DNA of 64,000 nt from Candidatus Krumholzibacteriota bacterium (GCA_963806035.1 CAWDWO010000013.1:32001-96000); one strand, 5' to 3'; counted from the stretch's first letter, positions 1 through 9,743 are shown. The notes: generated by a model not told the origin, from the sequence alone. Numbers and translations are program-made.

Positions 1-1
1 C

Positions 2-274
2 GAGTAATTTGCTTCGGTTTCCTGTTACATGAAGTGCGAGGGCGTAATGCACGCCCATCTCGTTGCGAAGTTCAGACTCAATGCTGTCCCACTCACGCAT
101 AGCCTGCTCTGCAAAATCTATAGCAGTATCGAAGCGACCGGCCGCGGTGAGTGGCACGACGAGAGAAGCAGCCTCCTGGGGCGAGGTTGAGCGCGTGGAT
201 TCTTCAAGCCTGGAAGAGAGTGCTCGTGACGTCTTCTCCAGTTGTCGGACGGTGCGCTCGAGGTCGGCGTTCAT
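2..274 (-). CDS. 5' part of a TPR-like helical protein (runs off the left edge)
   Basis: Not in the ORF track because it has no stop inside the window. ATG at 274 directly follows the TAG of the upstream ORF (TAG-ATG), and the frame is open to the edge: MNADLERTVRQLEK...AAGRFDTAIDFAEQAM...GVHYALALHVTGNRSKLL, a TPR-like pattern. Confidence 0.6.
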   Translation of the reverse strand, partial: MNADLERTVRQLEKTSRALSSRLEESTRSTSPQEAASLVVPLTAAGRFDTAIDFAEQAMREWDSIESELRNEMGVHYALALHVTGNRSKLL

Positions 275-670
275 CTAGCGCTCCATTCCATGAAGGTGAA
301 TCAGAACAGACAGCTCTCGTAGAAGGTGAAGCCACCATGATGCACCTGATTGCTGGGGTCTTGCGAGTCTGGAGTTTTCCGTTGGGGCTCCAGTAATCGC
401 AACCGGGGCAGATGTCTTCACGAAAATCGGCGAAGTGGAAGTGTCAGTGCTACCCACCAGTAGTTCGCCACCACCAGGATCCCCACTGCTCGAACTACCC
501 GAACTTGCCTCGATGTCTCCTTGTAACTGGCCCGACTCGTAGATGATCTTGGCCTGGCTTACGGACGGAATCGTGTAGAGAAAAACGCCACAAAGGAGAA
601 GAAAACTCACGAATATGCGAAACCAGTAGCTGCGAATGGTCATCTTCACCGTTGAACGGGAAGAATTCAT
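275..670 (-). CDS. Small secreted hypothetical protein (signal peptide, Ser/Gly-rich GDPGG segment, Trp-rich C-terminus)
   Basis: GGAGG RBS before ATG 670; hydrophobic h-region FVSFLLLCGVFLY with SQA-K cleavage site. Confidence 0.7.
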   Translation of the reverse strand: MNSSRSTVKMTIRSYWFRIFVSFLLLCGVFLYTIPSVSQAKIIYESGQLQGDIEASSGSSSSGDPGGGELLVGSTDTSTSPIFVKTSAPVAITGAPTENSRLARPQQSGASWWLHLLRELSVLIHLHGMER

Positions 671-815
671 CGGTGCCTCCTAGACTTATATCGATACAAC
701 GCTAAGCACTGCAACCGACGTACGTCGCGTGCTAACTGGTCGTTGTGGCCAGACTATGGCCTTTTTGGGAGGGGTCTCGGCTGGGGACGAGCCATGACCG
801 AGGGTGTCAACCACG

Positions 816-845
816 ATTAGACACTATGCGGCGCGTCGATGTCAA
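816..845 (-). promoter_or_regulatory. sigma70-like promoter TTGACA-N18-TCTAAT
   Basis: Perfect -35 and near-consensus -10, oriented toward the 275..670 gene; the same arrangement recurs at 10955-10984. Confidence 0.55.
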
Positions 846-951
846 GGGGACCGGGGAATTCACTCGCGCGCATCAAATCACACCAAATGATTCTGCGGAG
901 TGACAGATACAATTCTCAAATTGAAAGCTCGAGAACTCAAATCCTTGAGTA

Positions 952-2086
952 TTACTCCAACTCCACCACATGAAAGGTCGACAGTTGGCTCCCGGGAAGA
1001 CTCACATAGGACTGAGCGGCGTACCAGAACTTGGCTCCATCGAAAGCGAGGCCTTCGGGAAACGGCCCATTGACTTCGTCAGGCAGGTGGTACACGGCCA
1101 CCGTCTTCCCCGTGCGGTCGATCTGGTAGAGGTTGCTCAGGAACCACCCCACGCTCCAGAAATAGGTGCCGTCGTATTCGAGGCAGATGAGATCGCAAAC
1201 AGAGATCGGAACTGTCTCGACCACGCTCCCCGAAGCATCCAGACGATACAGCGCTTCGCTGCCCGGCCCGAGGTTCCACACCGAACTGCCGTCGTAGCTG
1301 AGTCCCGAGGAGCGCATGGGAATCCCAACCCTCTGCGTGATCGTCCCATCAGGCGTGAAGCGAATGAGGTCGGCCTCGTTGCGCGTACCCGTTCCGTCGG
1401 TAATGGAGGTCGGCAGCGTGCCCCACAACTCGCTGCTACTTGCAGCGAGATCATGGCTCGTCCAGAAGGCATCGTTTTCCAGCAGCACCAAGACGGTGTC
1501 ATCGAAGGCGTCTGCGGTGAGCGGCATCGTGAAATAGCCATATCCCAGAGTGCTGATCCACAGATGATCACCCATGACCGCCAGGCCCTTGATGTCGTTG
1601 GGAACTTCTCGATTGGAATCGAGGGCGAGTTCGCCGAGCTGTTGCTTCTCCGCATGCATCGACGGCCTCGAGTCCAGCGGTTGGAAGACTGAATGTGCCG
1701 TTGAAGCTCGTCGAAGCACCGGACACCTCTCCCGCCAATGCAAAAGTGAAGAGGTAGGGATGGGAATCGTAATCGAGCGCCAGGTGCAAGCTGTCACCAT
1801 CGCTCGTGCCACTGAGATCGAAGAAGTGCCAGCTATCATTCCCTCCTCGATCGCGCAGTACGATTTGACCCTTCACCACGCTTCCGGTGCGCGTGAGGTC
1901 CAGTAGCAGCCCTCCGTTCTGCGTGTGATCGAGGCTCTCGTAAGTGCCCTGCCAGAACTCGGCCGTGGTTGGGTAGCTGAAGTTCTCGGGTCCGGTGCCG
2001 TCGTCGTCGCACCCGAACTGTAGCAGGCTGAAAATGAGAATCAGTGGTAGGGGAGAAAATTTGAAACTGCGGTCGGCAAATGACAT
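952..2086 (-). pseudogene. Lipoprotein with C-terminal beta-propeller (glutamine-cyclotransferase/YncE-like), split by one extra base near 1665
   Basis: The 1568..2086 frame gives a lipobox (LQFGC) and plausible protein up to ...LPTAGLEA. The 952..1839 frame takes over at SMHAEKQQ... with repeated GLxxDG..W blades. Removing one base gives one ~377-aa ORF. May be a sequencing error. Confidence 0.65.
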
Positions 2087-2281
2087 GGCGCATCCTTCGT
2101 GTCGAGGAAGCGTCGACCAGGGACTCGATTCTAGCGAAAATCCCGCGCGGCAAGCAAGCCGACAGTTCAGAGCCAGCTTATGGCCCAGGAATCGGCCAAT
2201 CCTTGCTGGAAGACCAGCAGAACCCCTATCATTGCGTACACACGCGGCAGCCGTCCTTCATCCTAGATTTTGGGAGAGCCC

Positions 2282-3445
2282 ATGCGATGCCCCCCCAAGC
2301 TGCTTTCGATCCTGACGGCCGCCCTCTTCGGCTCGCTCTTCGCTGCGAGTTGTTCCAACGACTCCACGACGACTCCTCCCACACCCGAGTTCAACAGCCC
2401 CTGGGTCGAGGTCGCGCTTCCCGATACACTTCCCAAGAGCGTATTGATGGGCATCGCCTTTTCGGGAACGCGCGGACTCGCGTTGGGTGCGCAGGGAAGC
2501 TCTCAGGGATACGTGCTCGAATTCAACGGGACGAGTTGGCAGCCGCAGCAACTTCCCACCGAGGTGAACGATTTTCCTCTGGCCGTGGCCATGGACTCCG
2601 CGGGCAAAGGTGTGGTCGTCGGCGCCCGCTCCGACGGAGGAGGTTCTCCCGTGGTCTTCGCGGAGCGCCCCGATTGGACTCGCGTGGATCTGCCGATGGT
2701 CTTCGGTGGACTGCAGTGCGTCGCCGTCGACGCCTCCGGCACTTTCGTGGCCGCCGGACCGGGAAACTCCAATGTGCTCGCACTCAGTGGAACGGCGACT
2801 GGTACTTGGACGCAACTCTCAATCCCTCTTCCTGGTGATCCCCAGGAGAAGGCCCTGGTGGATCTCGCGTATCGCGATGGCAGCTGGGCAGCTTGTGGAT
2901 TCGACGACGGTGGTCAGGGCGATGAAAGCTCTCCCTTCTCCGTCGTACTGTTGAACCAAGGAACTGGCTGGGATCTGTTGAGTGGTCCCGGCTGCGGCGG
3001 CTGCGGCAGCCGCGAATACCGCGCGGTGGCCCTCAGCGCACAGGAGGGCCTTCTCCTGGGAGGCGCCATCACCGATTTCTCCGCCGGGGCCGACGATGAA
3101 TACACCGCGTTCCTCGCGCTCTACGATCCCGGCCGCGAGAGCTGGAAGGAAATCGACCTTCCCGCCCCGGGCGTGCTGGATCGAGTCAACGACATCCTGG
3201 TGACGTCCACGGGCGATGTGTATCTGGCCTGTGGGCTGGCCCACCAGTCCTTGATCCATCACGAGCCGACGGGCAAGACCTCCGTCGAATGGAGCAGCAG
3301 CGAGGAGTCGATCACGAGCCTGGCCGAGGACGCCTTGGGAAACGTCTACGCGGTCGGCGTGCACAATGAAAGAGTCGTGGGCGACCCGCCCGGCACCTAT
3401 CGCATCGGCCCCCCGTTCATGCTGCAACGGCCGGCCGAACTCTGA
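2282..3445 (+). CDS. Beta-propeller lipoprotein (paralogue 1)
   Basis: Lipobox FAASC; repeated W-x..L-x-[AD]-V blade motifs; CGGC motif; GGAGAG before ATG 2282. Confidence 0.75.
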   Translation: MRCPPKLLSILTAALFGSLFAASCSNDSTTTPPTPEFNSPWVEVALPDTLPKSVLMGIAFSGTRGLALGAQGSSQGYVLEFNGTSWQPQQLPTEVNDFPLAVAMDSAGKGVVVGARSDGGGSPVVFAERPDWTRVDLPMVFGGLQCVAVDASGTFVAAGPGNSNVLALSGTATGTWTQLSIPLPGDPQEKALVDLAYRDGSWAACGFDDGGQGDESSPFSVVLLNQGTGWDLLSGPGCGGCGSREYRAVALSAQEGLLLGGAITDFSAGADDEYTAFLALYDPGRESWKEIDLPAPGVLDRVNDILVTSTGDVYLACGLAHQSLIHHEPTGKTSVEWSSSEESITSLAEDALGNVYAVGVHNERVVGDPPGTYRIGPPFMLQRPAEL

Positions 3446-3459
3446 TCTGGAGGTAGTTC

Positions 3460-4610
3460 ATGCGCATGCCCAGCAAATTCACCACCGTGCTCCTCGCAAT
3501 TCTCTTGTCTCGTTCTTTCAACTCGCCTGCTCCGATGGTCCGACCGATCCTCCGCCCGCGAGCAGTCCATGGAAAGAGTTCGCTCTTCCCGACACCCTTC
3601 GTGCCAGTACCCTCACGGGTATCGCCGCCTCGGACGACCGTGTGCTCGTGCTGGGCGCCACCGGAACGAGCGGCACGAAGCCAGACTACCTGCTCGAGTC
3701 CGACATTTCCCACTGGACCGCGCACACGCTCCCGGTCGACTCGAACGACTTCCTCTTCGGCGTGGCCATGGATGCCGCGGGCAAGGGAGTCATCGTCGGC
3801 GCCAACGCTTCCGGCGGCGGTTCGCCCGTCGTCATGGCGGAACGTCCCGGGTGGACGCGGGTGACTCTCCCCGTGACGAGCCACGACCTGCGCGCGGTGG
3901 CGGTCGACCCAAGCTCGGGCACCTTCTTAGCCACCGGGTCGACTGGTTCGAACCTGCTCGTGCTCTCCGGAACGGCCGATGGTAGTTGGACGACAGTTCC
4001 GATCCCGTCGCTCGGCGATCCCCAAGACAAGAGCCTGGTTGATGTGGCGTATGGCTCGGGAACCTGGGTCGCCTGCGGATTCGACGACGGTGCCGACGGT
4101 ACGGAAGATTCTCCCTTCTCCCTGGTGCTCATGGACGATGGCAGCGGTTGGACGCTGCTCAAAGGCATCGGATGCGGTGCCTGTGGATCTCGCAAGTACA
4201 ACGCAGTCGCCGTCAACCAGGCCGGTGCCATTCTGCTGGGAGGGGCGATCACCGACAATTCCGCCGGCGCTGCCGACGAGTTGGTGGCCTTTCTCTCGCA
4301 GTACGACCCCGTGCACGATGAGTGGAGCGAGATCGACCTGCCCGAGGCGGGTGCCCTCGACCAGGTCAATGACATCCTGGTGGCCGAGAGCGGCGACATC
4401 TATCTGGCCTGCGGGGAGTCCTCGGCGGCGCTGGTCCGGATCGCCGCGGCGGGCGGAGCCGCCATCGAGTGGCATAGCAGCGAGGTGATCCTGCAGGCCC
4501 TCGCCGAAAGTTGGAGGGGGGACATCTTCGCGGTGGGTTCCAGGGGACCCACCAACGTGTTTCCGCGTGACCCGTACATGCTCTGGCGACCGATCCAGCT
4601 CAGCTACTGA
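3460..4610 (+). pseudogene. Beta-propeller lipoprotein (paralogue 2), one base missing in the signal peptide
   Basis: GGAGG RBS + ATG 3460 gives MRMPSKFTTVLLAIL; the frame then shifts near 3502-3510 to VSFFQLAC-SDGP (lipobox). The rest aligns along its length to 2282..3445. The repaired ORF is ~383 aa. Confidence 0.7.
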
Positions 4611-4655
4611 TGGGGGACTCAGCTGGGTGAAAATGAAAACCGAAGCCAAGGAAAA

Positions 4656-4720
4656 CGTAAAAGTGAACGGAAATTTCACGAACACCCGTTCACTTTGCGG
4701 GTAAGTCCTTCGTGAACGGA
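4656..4720. repeat. Inverted/direct GTGAAC repeats in a convergent intergenic region
   Basis: AAAGTGAACGG (4660-4670) / CCGTTCACTTT (4686-4696); TTCACGAA (4675-4682) / TTCGTGAA (4709-4716); further GTGAACGG at 4712. Confidence 0.55.
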
Positions 4721-4994
4721 CGTCCTGCCTGTTCTTGCCCGCCGAATCGCTGGAATTTTAGCGTCATGGGGTAGCATTATTCTTGCGCACGTGCAACTTC
4801 CCCCGACTGGGTCCGACTCGGGAGCCGTTGGATCCGCCGTCATCGGGAAATCGTGCAATTGGGGCCCCTCGGCGGGAGTTTCGCGACTTCTGCCGAGGGG
4901 TGTTTTTTTGCAGGGAACTTGATGAGCGAGTCAGCGTGGCCGGAGACGCGGGCCCGGCCGAGAATTGGGTCGAGCACCTGACGGAGAGCCCAAC

Positions 4995-6620
4995 TCAGTG
5001 CTGGCTGACGAGCTGCGGGACGACTTTGCCCATGATCTCGTCGAAGCGCGGCCCGCGCACCACTTGGATTTGTTTCTCCAACTCTCGCTCCATGCTCGCG
5101 AAGTCGAGTCCGATCTTCTTCCAGGCAAAATCGTCGTGATCCGCGACCGAGAGACCGTGGCCCGGGTTGATCTCGCAGCCGTGGTAGAGGTGCGCGAAGT
5201 AGGCGCGCTCGCTTTCGTGCCCTCCGCCGTACACCAGCACGTTCAGGAGGCCATTTTCAGGTGACCAGTCGCGATCCCGGATGGGGCGTGCTCCCAGCCG
5301 CGGATCCTCGAAGTACTTTTCCAAAGGACGGACCGCCGGCAGTAACACCCGGAACAGCGCACCCTCTCCCTTTTCGTTCCACATGCAAGTCGACGCTGCT
5401 CCAGTTTCCATGTCGGGCAGAAGCACGGTGAGGTCGGGCCGGTTGAGCGCGTTGTCGGTCCCCGCGCAGATGATTTCGGGTTTTCCGTCTTCGGAGAGGT
5501 CGGCGAGATATGGTTGATACATGTGTCCCGGATGGGCGTAGTGGGACAGGGGGGTTCCGCTTTCACGGTCGACGATCAACAAAAAGCAGGGGCTGTAGAG
5601 TTGTTGGTAGCAGATCGCCAAACGCGAACCCAAAGTCAGCTTTCCCGAGCGCCAGGTCACCGAGCTGACGCCCCAACTCTGATCGTAGACCGTCGTGTCG
5701 AGCGTGGTGTGCGTGTGGATCTCCGCGCGTGGAGGATGCCAGTCGAGTTTCCACACGAAGGAATCAGCCTGGGCATCCCACAGCCAGACCCTTCCTCCCT
5801 GACTGCCCCCGCGCCGGCTCGTCATGAGGAGTTGGGGGTCGTTCTTCTTGGGCCCCGGCAGCAACATGAGGTATCCCAGCGAAGCTCCCAATTGCGGAAG
5901 GCGAAGCGACGGCACGAGTTGTCTCAGGGGGGGATTTCCTTCCTGCGAGGTCTCGTCCATGAGCAGGGGAACGCCGATGTAGCGCGCTTCGACGCGGCGC
6001 AGCTGCGTGTTCAGGTCCAGGGCCGCAGATGCAGGCTGCGAAGACTGACGAAGCTTCTGGAGCTGGGGAAGGCTCCAGATCGCCAGGGCCAGGAGAATGA
6101 CGAAGCCGCCGGCGTAGGCCGCGCGCTTCAGCATTTGTTTGCGCCGGTGGAAGGGAAGATCGAGCTGGGGAAGATCGGGGAGGGATTCGCTCTGCGCCCA
6201 GCTGAGGATGAGCCGATAGGCCTCGTGCTGCCGGTTCTTGAGCGTGCGCTCGGAAAGACGCACCAGGCCCATTTCCTTGCGTTGGGCGGAGATGACGTCC
6301 CAGGTGTCGCCCTCCAGCACGTGCCGTTTCAAAAGAGTGATGGGCGAGACATCGTCCACCGCGGCGGGATGACGCGCCTCGAGTTCCTCGACCGCGATCT
6401 CCAGTGCGTTGCGGCAAATCTGCCGCACGAACTCGGGCTGGGCGGGATCGAGCTGATCCAAGCCGAGATTGCGGAAGCGCGGATAGGCGCCCCAGTCGAA
6501 TTCGAGCACGATCTCATAACTACGCCGGTTGAAGCGGCGCACGAGTTCGCACATCTGGCTCATTGCAGCCTGGGGCAGCAACGGACTCGCCTCGTTCCCG
6601 TCTCCCGAGAAACCGGGCAT
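4995..6620 (-). CDS. Membrane-anchored protein: N-terminal sigma-region-4/ArpU-like HTH, one TM helix, extracytoplasmic FG-GAP-like beta-propeller
   Basis: LLKRHVLEGDTWDVIS..LSERTLKNRQHEAYRLI (HTH-like); TM GGFVILLALAIWSL; ADLSEDGKPEIICAG (FG-GAP-like). Start probably 6620 or 6563, since the longer 5' part of the ORF overlaps the next gene. Confidence 0.7.
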   Translation of the reverse strand: MPGFSGDGNEASPLLPQAAMSQMCELVRRFNRRSYEIVLEFDWGAYPRFRNLGLDQLDPAQPEFVRQICRNALEIAVEELEARHPAAVDDVSPITLLKRHVLEGDTWDVISAQRKEMGLVRLSERTLKNRQHEAYRLILSWAQSESLPDLPQLDLPFHRRKQMLKRAAYAGGFVILLALAIWSLPQLQKLRQSSQPASAALDLNTQLRRVEARYIGVPLLMDETSQEGNPPLRQLVPSLRLPQLGASLGYLMLLPGPKKNDPQLLMTSRRGGSQGGRVWLWDAQADSFVWKLDWHPPRAEIHTHTTLDTTVYDQSWGVSSVTWRSGKLTLGSRLAICYQQLYSPCFLLIVDRESGTPLSHYAHPGHMYQPYLADLSEDGKPEIICAGTDNALNRPDLTVLLPDMETGAASTCMWNEKGEGALFRVLLPAVRPLEKYFEDPRLGARPIRDRDWSPENGLLNVLVYGGGHESERAYFAHLYHGCEINPGHGLSVADHDDFAWKKIGLDFASMERELEKQIQVVRGPRFDEIMGKVVPQLVSQH

Positions 6621-6796
6621 ACGCTCACGCCTTCCTCGCCGCGCTGGTCCCTTCGCGACGGCCGATGGACTTGCAAGAGCATTGACTGTGAGGTTTCCTG
6701 GGAGCTTGCCTCTCATTCTAAAGGTCGAGGGGCGGACTACAAGGGAAAGATGAGGATCAACCGCGAGACTGCGCGGCTCAGGGCGCCTTTTGCCGG

Positions 6797-7492
6797 CTAT
6801 TGCTGGTTGCTCAAAAAGACCGAACCGGCCACCACCAGGTTCAGATTGATGTCCTGGACCCAGAAACTCAGCATGGGCTGGTTCAGGGGATTGCCCACCA
6901 GGCGCGGAGGATCGCCCCTCGCTGGACCACGTCCCTCTTGCGCGGGAAACAGCGCCATGCGCCGCGGAATGGCGTCCTCGCGGTCGCCAGTGGCGAAGGC
7001 GCGCAGCAACTCCAGGGGCCACACCCGCGCGGGATCCGGATCCTTGTCCAGCGGGAGCAAAAAGAGCGCATCGCGCCAGCGCTCGTGCACCAGCGCGGCC
7101 GGATCGGCCCGAACCAGCGCATAACGCAGGGTATAGAGGCCCAGTTTCACGGCTTGATCGCGGTAGTCGTACCAGGATGCGCACACCTCCACCACCCCGG
7201 CCAAAGCCCCCTCGGCAATCTCGCCGTACGCCACGTCGCTGAATGCCTGCGGACTTTGCGCCTTTTTTAGTTCTCGTACGGACCAGATGCGCAGCACGTC
7301 TTCGCCCAGGCTGCGCACGACCATGCAGCCTGGTCGCAAGGCGGCCTTGAGTTGCGCTGGGCACGCCGGCGGGGGAGGCGTGTCGCGCAGCTCTACCCCG
7401 GTGACCAGGGTGTGCGCTTCACTCGCGGTGAAGCAGCCCGCGAGGCATGCGAACAGGACCCAGAGAAGGCTCGAGCGAAGGGGATTGCGCAT
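6797..7492 (-). CDS. Exported hypothetical protein
   Basis: Signal peptide MRNPLRSSLLWVLFACLAGC..; conserved-looking core DYRDQAVKLGLYTLRYA..RDALFLLP. Confidence 0.65.
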   Translation of the reverse strand: MRNPLRSSLLWVLFACLAGCFTASEAHTLVTGVELRDTPPPPACPAQLKAALRPGCMVVRSLGEDVLRIWSVRELKKAQSPQAFSDVAYGEIAEGALAGVVEVCASWYDYRDQAVKLGLYTLRYALVRADPAALVHERWRDALFLLPLDKDPDPARVWPLELLRAFATGDREDAIPRRMALFPAQEGRGPARGDPPRLVGNPLNQPMLSFWVQDINLNLVVAGSVFLSNQQ

Positions 7493-7663
7493 GTTTCGCC
7501 GCCGGTGCTGCTGGAGGGTGGACGCGATGAGAGCATTGCCGTGCGCGCGGTTCAAGTGGCGATTGCCAGGGCAGGGGCATTCGTGTCACTCTGGGTCGTT
7601 CTCGAACGATGGCTCATCGGCCGAGGACTGCGTTCTTTTTCTCCCGAGCAAGGCAATTGACGC

Positions 7664-9223
7664 ATGGTTTCCATTCCGCTCCTGTATTTTCTCGTCTCCG
7701 TCTCCGGTGCGAGCGTGCTCTGCCTGGAAATTCTCGGCACTCGCATCCTGGGTCCCTTCTTCGGGGTCTCCCTGTACCTCTGGTCGGCTCTGATCACGGT
7801 CACCCTGGCCGCCCTCAGTCTGGGCTACGCACTGGGCGGGCGCTACGCCGACCGCGGCCCGAAGCTCTCCCGCATGGCCGGGCTCTTGGCCCTGGCGGGA
7901 CTCTGGGTCCTCCTCGTTCCCTGGCTCAAGCATCCAATCCTGCGAGTCACGGGGCCTCTGGATCTGCGCGCGGCGGTGCTGGGGTCGGCCGTGGTCCTCT
8001 TCGCGCCACCCTTGGTTCTCTTGGGGATGGTCACGCCCTATGCTCTGCGACTCAAGGCGCGTTCGGTGGAGCGCGTCGGTCGGGACGCCGGCAATCTCTA
8101 CGCGGTTTCCACCATCGCCAGCGTGATCAGCGCGCTGGCCACGGGATTCTGGCTCATTCCGTACCTGGGCGTGCTGCGTCTCACCCTGCTGGTAGCAGTG
8201 ATTCTCCTCTTGAGCGCCTCCTACGCATTTTGGCGGGCGCGCAAGGAGGGCGCGCGCGCGGACGCCGTGCTCGCCGCCGCGCTCTCCCTGCTCGCGGCCC
8301 TGGGGGGAGGAGCGAGCTTGACCCACGCTCGCGCTCTTCCGCCGGGTCTGCTCTGGCTGCACGACTCTCCCTACTCGGAAATCCGCGTCCTGGACCGTCC
8401 GGATGGGACCTATCTCCTGCTCGACGGCGGGGTGCACACCATTGCCGGCTTTGGCATGGGGGAGAGCCACCACCGTTACGTTCCGGTATTGGAATCCTGC
8501 GAACTCATGCACCCCACGCCGGGGCGCATGCTTCTCTTGGGACTCGGAGGCGGCGTGGTCGTCCAGGCCTATCATCAGGCGGGATGGAAGATCGAGGCGG
8601 TGGAGATCGATCCGAGCGTGGTCGAGGCGGCGCGCCAGTACTTCGGGCTGCGCCCGCAGGACGCCACCATCGTCGTCGATGACGCGCGCCACTTCTTGCG
8701 CGAGAGCAACGAAAAGTGGGATCTCATCCTGGTGGATGCCTTCGGTTCGTCCTCCATTCCCTTCCACCTGGTGAGCAAGGAGTTTTTCGCGCTGGCCAAG
8801 GAACATCTCACTTCCCAAGGCATCCTGGCCATGAACGTCGAATGCCGGCAGTGGTACGACCCTCTGGTCGCCTCGGTGGGGATGACCATGGAGCAGGAAT
8901 TTCCCAAGGTCTGGGCGCTGCCCACTCAGGAGCCACCCAACACCCTGGGGAACGTGGTGCTGTTGGGCCTAGCGGATCCGGACTTCGAACTTCCCGAGGA
9001 CAAACTCCCGCGGCCGCTCGACTTCGTCAACGACGACTACGAGCACTGGCGCGTGGTGCAGATGAATCATGCCTGGGACAATCGCTTCGATCCCGCTGAG
9101 CTCAACAACGGTCAGATCTTGAGCGACGACCGCAATCCGGTGGATCTGTGGTCGAATGCGGTCAACCGCGCGGCGCGCGTGGAGTTGAGGAAGTTTTTTG
9201 GAGATTCTCCCCTGCTGCGCTGA
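7664..9223 (+). CDS. Fused MFS-like membrane domain / spermidine synthase-like SAM-dependent domain
   Basis: About 7 TM helices starting SGASVLCLEILGTRILGPFFG; LLLGLGGG, VEIDP, DARHFL, DLILVDAF motifs. Confidence 0.9.
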   Translation: MVSIPLLYFLVSVSGASVLCLEILGTRILGPFFGVSLYLWSALITVTLAALSLGYALGGRYADRGPKLSRMAGLLALAGLWVLLVPWLKHPILRVTGPLDLRAAVLGSAVVLFAPPLVLLGMVTPYALRLKARSVERVGRDAGNLYAVSTIASVISALATGFWLIPYLGVLRLTLLVAVILLLSASYAFWRARKEGARADAVLAAALSLLAALGGGASLTHARALPPGLLWLHDSPYSEIRVLDRPDGTYLLLDGGVHTIAGFGMGESHHRYVPVLESCELMHPTPGRMLLLGLGGGVVVQAYHQAGWKIEAVEIDPSVVEAARQYFGLRPQDATIVVDDARHFLRESNEKWDLILVDAFGSSSIPFHLVSKEFFALAKEHLTSQGILAMNVECRQWYDPLVASVGMTMEQEFPKVWALPTQEPPNTLGNVVLLGLADPDFELPEDKLPRPLDFVNDDYEHWRVVQMNHAWDNRFDPAELNNGQILSDDRNPVDLWSNAVNRAARVELRKFFGDSPLLR

Positions 9224-9257
9224 TCAGGGGCATGCCACAGCGCCGGGAGAGCTCGGC

Positions 9258-9623
9258 TCAGTGCATGGGCTTGACCTCGCCGGTCTCCTCGACCTCCACC
9301 GTCCACCCCTCCAGCTGCTTGGGGATGCGCTCTTCCACCTCCGGGGTGGCCGCAACCACGCCCACTTTGATACAGGCCTCGCCCTCGGTGTCGACCCCCG
9401 CGTAAATCATGGTGACGCCGGGAATGGCCAGGATTTCCTGATCGTGATCCGCCAGGACCTCGTTGATGGGACGCCGCTGGCTCATCTTGACCTCCTGCCC
9501 TGGGTTGGAGCCTCGGCTCGCATCCTTCGATTGGCAGGCGCCCAGCAGGAGGGCGAGCGCGAACAGGACCAAGATCCACGGAATCGCGGCCCGTGCGCGC
9601 GCGGTTCGTGCCAAAGAGTTCAT
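9258..9623 (-). CDS. Small lipoprotein resembling the pro-domain of the upstream protease
   Basis: Lipobox LLLGAC; IPGVTMIYAGVDTEGEACIKVGV..RIPKQLEGWTVEVEETGEVKPM; GGAGG RBS. Confidence 0.75.
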   Translation of the reverse strand: MNSLARTARARAAIPWILVLFALALLLGACQSKDASRGSNPGQEVKMSQRRPINEVLADHDQEILAIPGVTMIYAGVDTEGEACIKVGVVAATPEVEERIPKQLEGWTVEVEETGEVKPMH

Positions 9624-9665
9624 CGACGACCTCCTGGATGCGAGCCTCTCCGGGATAGAATAGCA

Positions 9666-9694
9666 GAACGCCTGCCCCGGGGGGACAGGCGTTC
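9666..9694. terminator. GC-rich hairpin between the protease and the small lipoprotein gene
   Basis: GAACGCCTG / CAGGCGTTC arms; weak U-tract. Confidence 0.4.
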
Positions 9695-9743
9695 ATGCCT
9701 TTGGGAGCCACGCTGGGCGTGGCGCGTATCATTCGACCTGGTT

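Noticed and set aside
3927..4685. Minus-strand ORF with a signal-peptide-like start (MFVKFPFTFTFSLASVFIF)
   Set aside because: No RBS, and after ~25 codons it runs antisense to the lipoprotein gene; probably a by-product of the AT-rich spacer
6621..7364. N-terminal 248 aa of the 789-aa ORF
   Set aside because: Arg/Gly/Ala-rich read-through overlapping the better-supported 6797..7492 gene in another frame
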